From Nageia nagi (lineage: Eukaryota > Plantae > Pinophyta): 64,000 nucleotides of DNA. Below the pieces are notes generated by a model. It ran no database searches. It was given only the letters and a program-made list of their open reading frames with translations, and was not told the DNA's origin. The position numbers were made by a program, and so were the translations under genes. The DNA is taken from contig JBITNC010000001.1 in the NCBI GenBank assembly GCA_050084985.1, positions 10,602,001-10,666,000 of the forward strand, in the 5' to 3' direction. Shown piece by piece: positions 10,918-22,900 of this stretch (position 1 is its first letter; the number at the start of each line of letters is the position of its first letter).

Positions 10918-13824
10918 TTACTCACTGATAATGGCTTTGAGTTGAGCCTTGGTGTATATGAAGTTGGTGGATTTGACTTTTATGTAGAATAGATAATCAT
11001 ATAGTTGGAACTTGTCTATGCAAAAATCTAGCACGATCGGATGATGGGAAGCCCTTCTCCATAGATCAAACATTGTAGGGTATCCATTCTTCCATTTGAT
11101 GATCAATTGGTCTAATCTTTCCGTCTAAGAATGTGAATCCTCCTCCTCAATATAAAATTTTTTCATATTTGAGTGGAGTGCTTTGATAGCATCAATAAGA
11201 TCCTTGGTCCATTCTTGTTTCAAGGCGATGATTCCAGTATTTAACTCAACTTGCTTTTTGATATCTTCAATTGTCAAATTAGCAGCCTTGACTTCTTTGG
11301 CAATCATTTCTTGACTAGCCACCGTTTTCTTTATTTCTCGGATATCTAGCTTTAACAAGGTATCAGATTCTCTCAGTGCCCTTGCATTTGTGATGATGCT
11401 ATGCTCCATTCCCAATGGGCCAACAATCTCTGCAGGGGCTTCTTCTGTCTCGATTGTGAGAGCAAACTTCTCGGTACCAACCGTTTTCTTTTTGGAGTAG
11501 AGCTTGCCCTTGTAGGTGACTTTACCTATAGTGGTGGTGAGAGTATCAATTTGCTGAAGTTCCTCATTTTCATCTTCGGAATCTTCTCCTTCGCAGGGAT
11601 GATTAGAACTCAAGTTAGCCATCACTGTAACCATGTCGAAGCAATGTTCCATGGGTTGTTTTCTAAAAGGAACCATCTCTTTGTCTTCGATGATTTCAAT
11701 GTCATGCTCTACTAGTCTTCTTTTTCTTCTTTGGTCTTCATTTTCTCCTATGTCTTCCTGATTTCCATCATCTCCCCTTGAAGATGATGCCATTGTCTTG
11801 GGTCTTGATGTACCCTTCTATGTTGATGTCTTCGTAGCCCTCCGAGATGGTGGCATTTGTGACACCTGTTTCTAAGAAGCGGATTTTGGGCTAGCTGCTT
11901 CTGGTGCATGTTGTACAATCATATCAATAGGGTGATTGTCTTTATCAAGGATCTCTACTGAGTGATCAGTGTCGACCCTATCAAAGGTAATATCTCGGTT
12001 TACTTCCATGTCGATGTCGATGATTGCACTAAGATCCATCTCTTCATTGATCTCTGATGAGCTACTCGGTCCATACTTGTTGGAACTGGATGATGGTGTA
12101 CTGGGGTTCGGATTTAGGCGCATGCCACTTCGATTCAACCTTGCGGGATATCTATCTTCTTTTGCAAGTGTTTGAATGGTTGAGAGATCAAGCTTGCTCT
12201 TTTGAGGTCCATGATTCCATTCTTCGTACCTGTGATAATTATTTCGATGGTTTGTCCGAGGGTGCTATTGGTAGCATATTGCCCGTTCTATCCTTGAGCC
12301 AAGGTTAGTAAAGGTGATATTATGGGGATAATATACCCATGGCTCGTGGGTATTGTGACCTGTGCCTTGGCTTTCAACCTGGCAGCTTCTTCGGCTTCTT
12401 GTTTTTTTGCTCTTTTTTAGCTCTTTGTGAATCCGTTGAACCTGTAAGGTGTCCTGAATGCTTCTGTACCTCTCAATATAACCAAGGGATTGGTGTGGAT
12501 ATGATGAGCTCCATGTTCTTTGAAAAAATGCATCAATCACTCCATCAAGATCATAATGATCCGCAGCTACCTCAATTGGGAATTCATACAATGCCATCTC
12601 TTGTTTGATCATATCAATCTGACTCTAGGTACTCATAATTCCTAATGATGACAGGTAATTGGTAGGTGGTTGCAACCTTCTTTACCCATACCTTATCATG
12701 CATGTTAAGCAAGTGTTTGGAAAATTCCATGAGGATGAGACGATTGCTTGCATAACGGGGTAGCTTGTAAGGGGCTTCTTTGGAGCCATAGACTCTGAGG
12801 TATGTGAACTCTATGTCCTCTGCAAAGAAGTCCGCATGTCCCTTGATAGTGGCAACAACTTCATTAGATATTTTGAGCATGTTACTTTTGCCCATGATCT
12901 CTTCATAGATATTGCCTTCGAAACCGGCAGTCATCATCATCTAGTTGTCGTCGTTCCATTTATTGTGAGCATGAACTATGGGTAATTTTCCCACATTGGG
13001 TGTGTGGGGTCATACAAATATTTGGTATTGGCAATAGAGGTTACCTTCTCCCTACAGTGAAGGAGTAGGTAAACCAGGTAGGAGTTCATGTAGAATTTCT
13101 TGCTTCTCTGAATGTTTTTTAGTTATTGAGCCAAGGAATCACTAATCACTCTGCTCCACCTTATGCCTTTACTGCCACCGATCAAATCTATAAACCCAGT
13201 GAATTCTGGCTAGAATTTGGTGTCATCATTCTGTTCGGTCACTCTGGAAAGCATTGATATAAGTCTGGAGACTACTGGATAGAATTCTCCTCTGTTAGGC
13301 AATGCTAAGGCTTTCCCTATGAGATGCTTGTAGTCATCGGCCAACCAATCTTTGATCAAATCAGATGGAGGTTTCAGACTTTTGTAGAACCTTAGAGAGT
13401 CTTGCACGCTATATGATATGCCTTTGCTTTTCCAAGCAAATGCCTTTTCTATTCCTTTCTCAAAGAAGACCATGATTACTTCGTTGTTTCTGTGAAGGAG
13501 TCTCCGCCTTTGGGTGTCACAATGCTTTCCTAGCTTGTAGCACAGCTCAGGGAAGGGGGTGGCAAATGGCACCGTAGACGCTGCTAATAGCAAGGAAATT
13601 TTTAGTGGGTCCTTTACTAGTGTAGCTGGATCCATCGTTTGTATTTTCATCAAAGTTTTGATGGGGTCCAAGGAGTTACAGTCTGTGTCCCCAATTTCAC
13701 TCAATTGATCAATGATCCTTGTAGCAAGCATCACAGGCTCTGTTGTATGTTCAAGTGTGATGGGGCTATCCATTGCGAGCCTTCTCTGCTTCCTGTCCTT
13801 GATATTCTGAGCGACTAATGCCAT
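10918..13824 (-). pseudogene. ORF B: decayed protein (~950 codons) homologous to ORF A and C, with acidic and coiled-coil-like C-terminus
   Basis: ORF pieces 13210-13824, 12614-12940, 12265-12612, 11872-12138, 11125-11793 and 10918-11106. Motifs IGDTDCNSLDP, PFATPFPELC, KFYMNSYLVYLLLH, RVYGSKEAPYKLPRYASNRLILMEF, HYDLDGVI. Confidence 0.8.
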
Positions 13825-14280
13825 CCCATCCTTGTCTTAGAGAATAACACAGAGTTAGAAGAGTCCTAAGAAGCTTGTGGCACTTTCTGGGCAAGCAAAA
13901 AGAGGTTTTGAAAAATTTGGATTTTTGGGTTTTTACTCTAAGTGTACACCATCGAAAATGCCAAAATTTGCAAGGTTCAAGGCTTTTGGGTGAGTTTGGG
14001 ATAACACAAAGGTAACTAGTTCAAGGGAAAATGCCTTGGGAAAAACTTGGGACTTTTGAAGAATTTTCAAATTTTGGCTCAAAAAGTTGACTTTTCCAAC
14101 AGGAAAAAAGGGTGAAATTTGGCAAACTTGCCAAATGGTGTCGGAATGAGTGGGGAAGGTGTTTTAAACTTTGAAACAGCCAAAACGGACTTGAAAAACA
14201 CTTTTTGGAGTTTTTGAAAAATTTTCTAGATTTTTTTGAAATTTTTTGAAGAAATGAGGATTTTGGCACTTAGATCTTGG

Positions 14281-14283
<3 letters not shown>

Positions 14284-14337
<54 letters not shown>
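14284..14337. repeat. (AT)n microsatellite, ~27 units
   Basis: Read directly from the sequence. Confidence 0.95.
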
Positions 14338-14341
<4 letters not shown>

Positions 14342-14690
14342 TTTTTTACTGAAAATAAAAGTTGATCACAAGAATAAAGGGTATCCAAAAAAGTGATCAA
14401 ACTTGAAATCTGGAAAAATAGTTTTTCAAGTGTTTGAGAGTTTGGAAAATGGGGTTTTGGTATGAAAATCCTTAAAAAACTTAAAAAATAGAGTTCATGT
14501 GGGATGGAGGATGTTTGGATCTTGAATTTCAATGGAGTTTGGATGAATGGTAAAGATGCTAAGTGTTCAAATTATGCTCCAAGGGTGAAAATGGGCTTTC
14601 TTCCTCACTTCAACTCTCCAATTCTCAAAATTTTTGGCAGCATAAGGGTGCAAAATGGGAGTATTGAGTGAAATGGAGGGGGTATGGGTG

Positions 14691-14698
14691 TATTTATA
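14691..14698 (-). promoter_or_regulatory. Candidate TATA box for ORF B
   Basis: TATAAATA on the minus strand, preceded by GACATGTGGCAC, ~870 bp upstream of the ATG at 13824. Confidence 0.45.
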
Positions 14699-15039
14699 GA
14701 CTTAGAGGGTCAAAAGGTGCCACATGTCAACACCATATCAACCCTAAGTGCAAATTTTGCATTTTGGACTCTTCCTCCTCATGCCCAACGTTGGAAAAGT
14801 GGAGTAAAATGGGGCAATAAGGCAAAACTTGTGCCTAAATTTGGAAGGAGCAAGTTTGGTCCAATGTGGGGGCTCTTGGAAGCAAAGATGATGGGTCTAG
14901 GGTGCTCTCCAACCTCCACACTTCAGATTTGGATTTCAAATTTTGAGAATTTTTGAGAAAATATCCAATTTTTTTGAGTTTTTGAGCCCTTGAATCCTTC
15001 TTGAAGGCAAAAAGGTGGTTTTTGGGAGTTTTTATGGAC

Positions 15040-16330
15040 CAAATTGCACAAGTGAGAGACCAAAGTGGTGTAGAATCACACAACCTATCACATGGAAGCA
15101 TTAAATGTCACCTTTGAGCAATTTTGGGCGTCAAGGAGGCTAGGCGCAGGTTTTGGGCATGTTTGGAACTTTGGTAAAAATGGCCCAAAACTTTCATAAC
15201 TCCCCCTAACTTTTTGGAAGGCAAATCTTGAGTTTTTTGAAATCTTGCAAGAGGCAATGTTGATCATCTTTGGATTTGCCACCCTACCTTTCTCTCCAAT
15301 TATGATTTTGATCATTTTGAAAAATTTGGAAATTTTTTCCATCTCTCCCATTGGCTGATCCATTTTTTGTGATTTTGAGGGAGTAGATCCACATTTTTTC
15401 AAAAACTTAAAACATGAAACTTGTGCAAAATTGGATTTCCCATGCTCCTAGGATCAAATTTTTTTATTTTTGAGCATTTTTAGGCACTCCCAAGCTTGGC
15501 GCAGGTTTTAAGACTTTTGGGCAAGTTTGCAATTTTGGGAAAATGAGGGAAAACTCCTAAAATTGTTGCCTAGCTTTGTGAGGGGCAAAAATTGATTTTT
15601 TTTGCAAAATTGCAAGAGGCAACCGTACCTCTTTATCCTTTTTTTTATTTGGCCAACTTTGAAAAAATGTGAAAAGTTTGGAGCTCTCTCATTGGCTGAT
15701 CGTTTTTTGATGATTTTGAGGAGGTAGAACTCATGTTTTTGGAAAACTCAAATCATCAATCTTGTGTGAAATCCCATCCTCCACCTCAAGAAGATCAGAA
15801 ATTTCATTTTTTTTGCAATTTTGGGGTGCAAGAAGGGTAGGCGCAGGTTTTAAGAGAAATAGGTCATTTTTGAAGTTTGAGAAAAAGAGAGAAAACCAGC
15901 ACCTAACTTTTTGAGGGGATTTTTTTGTGTTTTACGAAAATTTCAAAAGGTAAGATGCCTAGAATTGGATTTGGCACCCTACCTCTTTCTTGGATTTTCG
16001 TTTTGACTTTTTTGAAATTTTGGAAAATTTGAAGCATTCCTATTAGCTGCCCTTTTTGCTCATTTTCCACTTCTGAGGCAGCGAAACTTGTCGAAATTGC
16101 GAACTTGAAAGACCAATTTGATGTAGAATCGCAATCTCCATGCCCCCAAGCTCAAAAATTCCACTTTCAGATCAATTTGGGCCTCCCAAAATGTAGGCAC
16201 AAGTTTTCAAGATAATAGGCCATTTTCGAGATTTGGTGAAGTGAGGGAAAACTTGCAAAACTCCCCCCTAGATTTTTGGGGGTCAAAACTCGAATTTTTT
16301 CAACATTTCAAGAGTAGAGTGGCCTTAATT
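15040..16330. repeat. Diverged ~350-bp tandem repeat (3-4 units) in element B
   Basis: GGCGCAGGTTTT-like anchor at ~15143, 15498, 15840 and 16196 (spacings 355, 342, 356). Confidence 0.75.
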
Positions 16331-17264
16331 TGTCATTTGGCACTAGACCTCTCTCTCGGATTTTCATTTCGAGCATTTTGAAAAAACTCATTTTTCGAGC
16401 TCAAAAAGTTGGCTTTTCAAGTGCCAAAACATTCATTTTTTTATTTTACCCCCCAAAGGGTGCTCAAACTTGCTTTCCTGATCTATTTCGGGCTATACTG
16501 TACATTCCTGGTCTTTCCCATCTTTTGTGGGCCCCAACTATGCATTTCCGGCATTTTCAGACATTTCCAAGCCCAAACGGTGAAAAAAATGATCTTTCCC
16601 AACATTTTTGGACTCAAGATGTGCAAAAAACGATCATTTTGGGCATTTCTGTGCACTTTGAGTTCAACTTTGTATTTTTGGTCATTTCCGAGCATTCCGG
16701 GCCCAAATTGTGCAAAAATGCACATTTTTACCATATTGACCACTTCCAAGCTCAAAATTGTCCTATTGACCATTTTTTGGCTCTCTAGGCTCAAACTTTG
16801 ACAAAAACTCACCTTTTGGCCATAGTTGCCATTTTCAGGCTCAAATTGTGCAAAAATGCACATTTTTGTCATCTTGACTATATTGACTGCTCCTAGTCTT
16901 AAACCTGACAAAAACGATCATTTTGTCACCTTGGCATCTTTGTTGCTCAAACTTGCAAAAACGATGCCTTTTCCCCCTGATGGCCATTCGTTCAAAACTC
17001 CACTGCTTGGTCGCTGTCGTGACCCAAAACTCCATCTTGTGAGATGTCGCTTGAAATCGGGCCCTTACTTGGCCATTGGCTATGTTGAATTCTCTTCATG
17101 ACCTTGGGGCATGCTCATGCGCTGTTTGATCATCTGGCCACTCTGGGTCTCCATACTAGCCATAGGTCGATCATGCCCAGGCAATGTCGCCCATTGTCGT
17201 TGCAAAAAAAATGGGTCCCCAAAATGCTGCATCTTGGGATGTGTTGTGCGGGTACAACACATTG

Positions 17265-17883
17265 ATGATTATTCTAGGATGTCTTGGGTCTATTTATTAA
17301 AACATAAGTTTGAAGCTTTTTCTAAGCTTAAAGAGTTTCATATTAGTATTGAAAATGAAGCCCATACACGTATTGTTATTCTTTGTTCTGATAATGGGGG
17401 AATATACCTCAAATGACTTCAAATCTTACTTACATCAACATGGGATCAAATATCAAACCATTGTTTCTTATAACCCACAACAAAATAGTAGAACACTCTT
17501 GAATATGGCCTATGCAATGCTAGTTTTCACAAATGTGAAGTTATTATATTGGGTTGATGCAGTTCTTCAAAAATACGAAGTTGATATTTTGGGGTGATGC
17601 AGTTCTTTAAAAAATGTGAAGTTAATGTTTTGGGGTGATGCAGTTCAATGTGTTGTTTATTGAGAAATAGATGTCCTTCACATGCTCTTGCGGATAAGAC
17701 TCCATTTGCAATATGGTTTGGTTGTATTGTTCGATGCGTCATCTCATGATTTTTAGTTTCAGTTGTTATGCACTTATTCCTAAGGAACAATGGGGCAAGC
17801 TTGGAGCTTGGAGTCGAAAGTGTATATTCTTGAGCTATTCAGACGCTACCAAGGGATACAAGCTTAATGTTGAGGTAAACAAG
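17265..17883 (+). pseudogene. Copia integrase core and C-terminal part, with a ~40-bp triplication at 17531-17646
   Basis: DDYSRMSWVYLLKHK...SDNGG/EYTS...YNPQQN...RNRCPS...KLGAWSRKCIFLSYSDATKGYKL. Confidence 0.9.
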
Positions 17884-18480
17884 GTAAACCACTAGGTGGG
17901 TTTCGTCCACAAGGGTAGGAAGAGAGTCGACGCCCTACATCTAAAATAAATAAAGAGAAGTAATAATCAAGCATGCCTAATGAGTCCAAATCTCCTTTTA
18001 TAGCCTTCGGGTGTCCTTCCTATCTCGTGCCAGCCTTGGGATGATCAAATCAAGTCGTAGGGTTTAGATTCACCCAAGGGGTGAGATGTCACATCTTGGA
18101 GTGTCTCCGGGCCCATGTAGTCACATCTAGCGGTGCCAAATAGCTCTTCTAGGTGTCACGCCTCCCTCTTGGTGTCTTCTATGCATCGAGATCAATGTCA
18201 CCTCCTTGGAATCATCATGCTCTACCTCTACTGATGCGTCCAACCTAGAAGGGAGCAAAATTACATCGAGAGGCTTCTAAGTGCCTTGGGATACCAAATT
18301 ACAACTCATCAAAGCCCAAATATGCAATGCCTCATTATAGGAGGCTAATATTACATTTACAAATATAATTTTGCCATGGTATTACAAATTACAATATTTA
18401 TTTGACATCCATAAGTGGCCTACATAATTACCAATATTGAGCTAATTAAAATAACAAATAATGACTCTTAGAGTCCAACA
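17884..18480 (-). repeat. LTR-like fragment at the point where the copia element is truncated
   Basis: Minus strand starts TGTTGGACTC and has GGCTATAAAAGGAG near 17995. No TSD found. Confidence 0.4.
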
Positions 18481-18622
18481 TCCCATGTTGGAGAGCCTTC
18501 AAGTGGAACTTTACAAAGAAAAGGATCTTAATATTGTCCAGCTTATCACAAATTTCCCAAATTTACTCAAAAACTACTAAAATACCCCTAAATAGCTAAA
18601 TGAGCACAATGAGGGTGAACTT

Positions 18623-19090
18623 CCCATTCCTTGTGCTGGAGTGAGTGAGACGCCAAAATTTGGGAATATTGCAGTTTCTCATCAATTTCTGGCCATTTCT
18701 TTTTCAATTGATAGTAAATATTAGTAACTCCAGTAATATTTTGTTAGTTAATATTAGTAACTGTCAGTTAATACTTGCAATTCTAGCACTAGTTGCACAT
18801 TTTTATCACTAAAATATTAGTAACTCCCTTAATTTGTAAAATATTGCTAACGATTTCTTAAAATACAGTACATATTAAAAGCCAGTACGTCCCATACCTT
18901 GTGACGGAGTGAGACATTAAAATTTGGGAATATTACAGTTTTTCATCAATTTCTGGCCATTTCGTCATCAATTGTAATATTAGTAACTGTCAGTTAATAC
19001 TTACGATTCTAGCACTAGTTGCACATTTTTATCACTAAAATATTAATAACTCCCTTTATTTGTATAATATTGTTAATGATTTCTTGAAAG
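18623..19090. repeat. Imperfect tandem duplication (two units, ~270 and ~200 bp)
   Basis: CCCAT.CCTTGTG...AAAATTTGGGAATATT.CAGTTT.TCATCAATTTCTGGCCATTTC recurs at ~18623 and ~18891. Confidence 0.85.
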
Positions 19091-19847
19091 CCATTACATC
19101 TATTTCAATTATAAGGATCCGTGTTCAACACTCAGCCACAAATTATTACAATGCCTCGGGGGATTTTTACAATATTACTTTTGATATCTTAAAAGCAGTA
19201 CATCTATTAAAATTACTTCTGATTTAATGTTTTATAGAACATTGAAATATTTAAAATTAATTTGATGTTTTATAAATAGGTTATATTTATATGATGTTTT
19301 ATATAACATTTCTTTTCTTTGATGTTGTATAATTATATATTTTAATGTTACTGCCATGTAATTGATGTTTTTGTATAGTTTATAGTTTCTGTTCATGAAA
19401 TTGAGATTTCTTTTTATGTTCATATGTAAAGATATTTAAATTTTATATATATATATATATTTCATAACCTATATTATTGTCGTTTTTCATCACATTGCCC
19501 GTTGAGGTCATGTTTCTCGTTTTTGGTAACTATGCAACAGAGTAAAATTGCCTACAGAGTATAAAAATGAAAATAACTAAAAAAAATAAATGAAGAAAAG
19601 GATGAAAGTGAAGAAAAGGATGAACATACAGTAGTTGCAGTAGCAAACTACCTACAAAATATTTCTAAAGCATCGCCTTAGTAACTGGAAGACTTAATTT
19701 ATGTACCCACGAAAGTATATGGTGTACTTGGCTATGCATTTTTATCCATAACATCTTGGTGGCTATATGTAAGTTGAAGAGATTTATCTGATCCTTAAGT
19801 TATTTGTAAGTTTATGTTTCTCTTTTCCATCAATCTGAATTTGACAG

Positions 19848-19946
19848 TTTGAAGATATTGGACCACACGGCACCAAGATTATTGTTTATAACTTATGGCT
19901 TAATGATGATGGTCAAATGGAGCTTGATTTCGATACAGACAAAAAG
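19848..19946 (+). CDS. MORC6: MORC exon: FEDIGPHGTKIIVYNLWLNDDGQMELDFDTDKK
   Basis: ttgacag|...|gtaaac, 99 nt; MORC HGTKxIxYNLW motif. Confidence 0.95.
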
Positions 19947-22900
19947 GTAAACTGATATATGTTTTTATCTACAGCGGAGGTTGTTATTCCGAATCTCGTT
20001 AGTAATTGGAGATTAATTAAAGATGATCATATTTGTAGGCAAAATAAATTAGGGTAATTTTGTAATGCCCAATTTGAATGGGAGAACAGTTTTTTTTTTC
20101 AAAATATGCAGGATATTCAGTTGAGGGGAGCACCTGATGATAAACAATTTAATCAACAACATATTTCGAATCGTCTTCGTTATTCACTGCATGTAAGGGC
20201 ATTCATCATATTAAGGATTTCTTCTATTTTACTGGAACAAGTATAATACATTAGTCATACACGCCTTTGTTTCCAATATTCATAAATCTTATGCAAGAGT
20301 AGTAAGCCAATGATGTTGCTTCCTGCAAGATTTTAAGTCGAGCATTATTTCAAAATTCAATGTGCAGACATATTCTTCTATATTATATCTTCATATGCCA
20401 GATAATTTCAAAATTATTCTGCGTGGTCGGGTGGTAGAACATCACAGCATTGGTCAAGATCTTAAATTTCCTGAATACATTTTGTATAAACCACAAGTTG
20501 GTGGTAACAAAGAGGTTTGATTGGAAACAATTTTGTTTTTCTATTCATGCGGATTTATTTTGTATTTATTGTAATATTCTTGTACTCTTGTAGTTCCTAT
20601 GGTAAAATCTTTCATGCTCGTTTTTATTATCTAGGTTTCTGTTATCACTACAATTGGGTTTACAAAGGAGGCTCCTCTTGTTAATGTGCATGGATTCAAT
20701 GTGTATCACAAGAATCGCCTTATAATGGTAAGTTGTCTATCATGGTCTATTTGAATTGTTTGAGATCCTAATGTCAATAAATATAGCTCCTTGTGGCATT
20801 ATTTGTGATCAAGTACTCATAAAATCATTACTATACATAAAAGTTACATTGGGTATATTTATCTTGTGTACAAATAGGCTGATAGCGGTTATTTTTTGCA
20901 TGTGATTTGAGAAGTCCTTATTGGTTTCTTACAGGGAAAAGACTATTCCAAGTGCTTTAATTTTTTATCACAGTAGATAGGAAAAGCGAGGTATGTGAAC
21001 CCATGATTGCCATCATCTCTGGGATTCCAATACAGCACCTCCCACTGTTACTCTATTGACTACTTCTTTCTCTCTTCATTTCCTGCTACATTTTTACCCT
21101 GCATTCTTTGTTTTTTCTTCTGTCTGGTTTTTAGTCTAGTGCCTCTGTTTTCTTGATCATGTTTCGTTAGTCTTTTTCTCTGTTGATCACTTTTCTTTCT
21201 CCCTTCCTGAAATACATCTTCCTTCTTGCTAACTATTGTCTCTCTCTCAGAAATATAGCCAAACTTGGATGCCCCCAATCCTCACCTACAATTAGCCATA
21301 CTCGTATGCCACCGATCCCCACTTATCATGTCCAGTGTTCTGCAACAAATTCCCTGCTCCCATCTTTATCTGTTCTGCATGTTTCCTTCATTTTAATTTA
21401 TCCTCTTCCATCTTTTATTTCTCCATTTTTCCTCCTGTCTTCATCCTCTTCCATCTTTTATTTCTCCATTTGGCCTCCTGTCTTCCATATTTCTGTTTCT
21501 TTGTTTTGTTTGCGAGACCAACATTAGGATTGCTCATCTTTCATTACCTGAGGTGCTTTCTGTGTATGACTTCAACTTTGATTCAATCTTCAAAAGTTCA
21601 AAGTCACGTGACATCTGGAAGCATGACTTTACAGATCTAATCTACCACAAAAACTTACAAAAAACATTAATCGTATTAAAATGATAAAATACATTTACGC
21701 AGATGCAGTCCTATTAAATGTAAGAGTACTTTGTAAATATGTGTATGAAAATTACTATTTAAGGAATTATTAAAACTTGGTGAGTCACTGAGTCTTAACA
21801 TTAGGATATAAAAGAGGGAAATCGGGTATTGTATATAGTTTCTCTTTATTAACATAAATTATTTTTCTAAATTAAACAGTTTTTGATTGTTTTTAACTAT
21901 CAAACTTGAACTGAAATTAACTACATGGAAACAGATTATGAAGTTGAAACCAGTAAGCTTTCATCTAACAATGATGTTTCCAAACTTATTCCATCCTCGA
22001 TGATGAGTCTTTTGAAAATGTACTTGAAACATTCACTCAACCAGTGATGAATGACTAGGATGATAACCATGCGATAAAAAACTTTTGAACTTATAGCTTC
22101 AAACTTATTCATCATAGCATTTTTTGAATGTTGTCAGATTGAACAATCAATTAATATTAGTCACGATTATAATAATTTAACTTTTTGAAATTTACAGTAT
22201 AACTTGATATCTTGAAATTTGATCTCAGTTGGATTATGTTGTGCCTGCACAACAACCCCCCCAAAAATTTTGCATTTTTGAGGACCCTCATTATATTGAA
22301 ACACTAAGGCATGAAATTTTTTCTAAGTAAAATTCATGAGTTTTAGGCCAGAAAAGATAAATGTGGTGAGTTTTGCGTTTTCAATTTCAAATGAGTCAAA
22401 AAATTGCCATTTTATCCTAGGCGCATGGTTTAGGAGACATGCTTTTGCATGTACCAAAAACATTGCGCCGACATTCACGTTGCATGTTTTCGGTCAAATC
22501 TTGCATTTCTGTGTTTAAATTGTATTTTTCATGCCCATTTTGTACTTGGTCATTTTGTGGAATTGCATCCCCCCATTGCATATCATTTCAAGGGTCATTC
22601 TGGTCATTTTCGAGAAAATCATCATGTTTTTCATTTGAGTGCATGCTTTTAGGGATATGCTTTTGCATGTACCAAAATCGATGCACCCAAGTGGATGAGT
22701 TACTTTCAACACTTAGCATATTTTTGAAGGAAATTGTCAAAATTGACCAAGCACACGGTTTAGGGGACATGCTTTTTGCATGTACCAAAATCGGTGCACC
22801 CCCTTCTCTTAAGCGTGAAAAATTGGCTAAGTGTCTGAATTTTGGATGTCCACTATAAGGGAGATAGGTGTGTTTGCATGCATTGGGCCTTCACTCACAT

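Larger units (their letters stand above)
9325..17259 (-). mobile_element. Element B: 7.9-kb giant solo-LTR-like unit with internal ORF
   Basis: TGTTG...CAACA termini; perfect TSD CATTG (9320-9324 and 17260-17264). It splits the copia integrase motif KYLMTFI|DDYSRMSWVYLL. Confidence 0.92.
660..17883 (+). mobile_element. Decayed, 3'-truncated Ty1/copia retrotransposon interrupted by insertions at 2004-2585, 2661-7747 and 9325-17259
   Basis: PBS, then coding remnants in copia order: acidic ORF, CCHC knuckle, protease, GAG-pre-integrase, integrase. No RT, RNase H or 3' LTR seen. Confidence 0.85.

Noticed and set aside
14021-17101. F/K-rich ORFs, including the IYIYIY ORF 14164-14532
   Set aside because: Products of low-complexity repeats and the (AT)n tract; no protein motifs.
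2661-17259. A and B as the two LTRs of a single element
   Set aside because: Each has its own TSD, they differ greatly in length and sequence, and the DNA between them is opposite-strand copia coding sequence.
9325-17259. Classical cut-and-paste DNA transposon with ORF B as transposase
   Set aside because: The inverted termini are only 5 bp and no DDE transposase motifs were recognised; TG..CA with a 5-bp TSD fits an LTR integrase product.
21060-21640. Hydrophobic and charged ORFs in the CT-rich intron segment
   Set aside because: Compositional artefacts; the MORC reading frame is complete without them.
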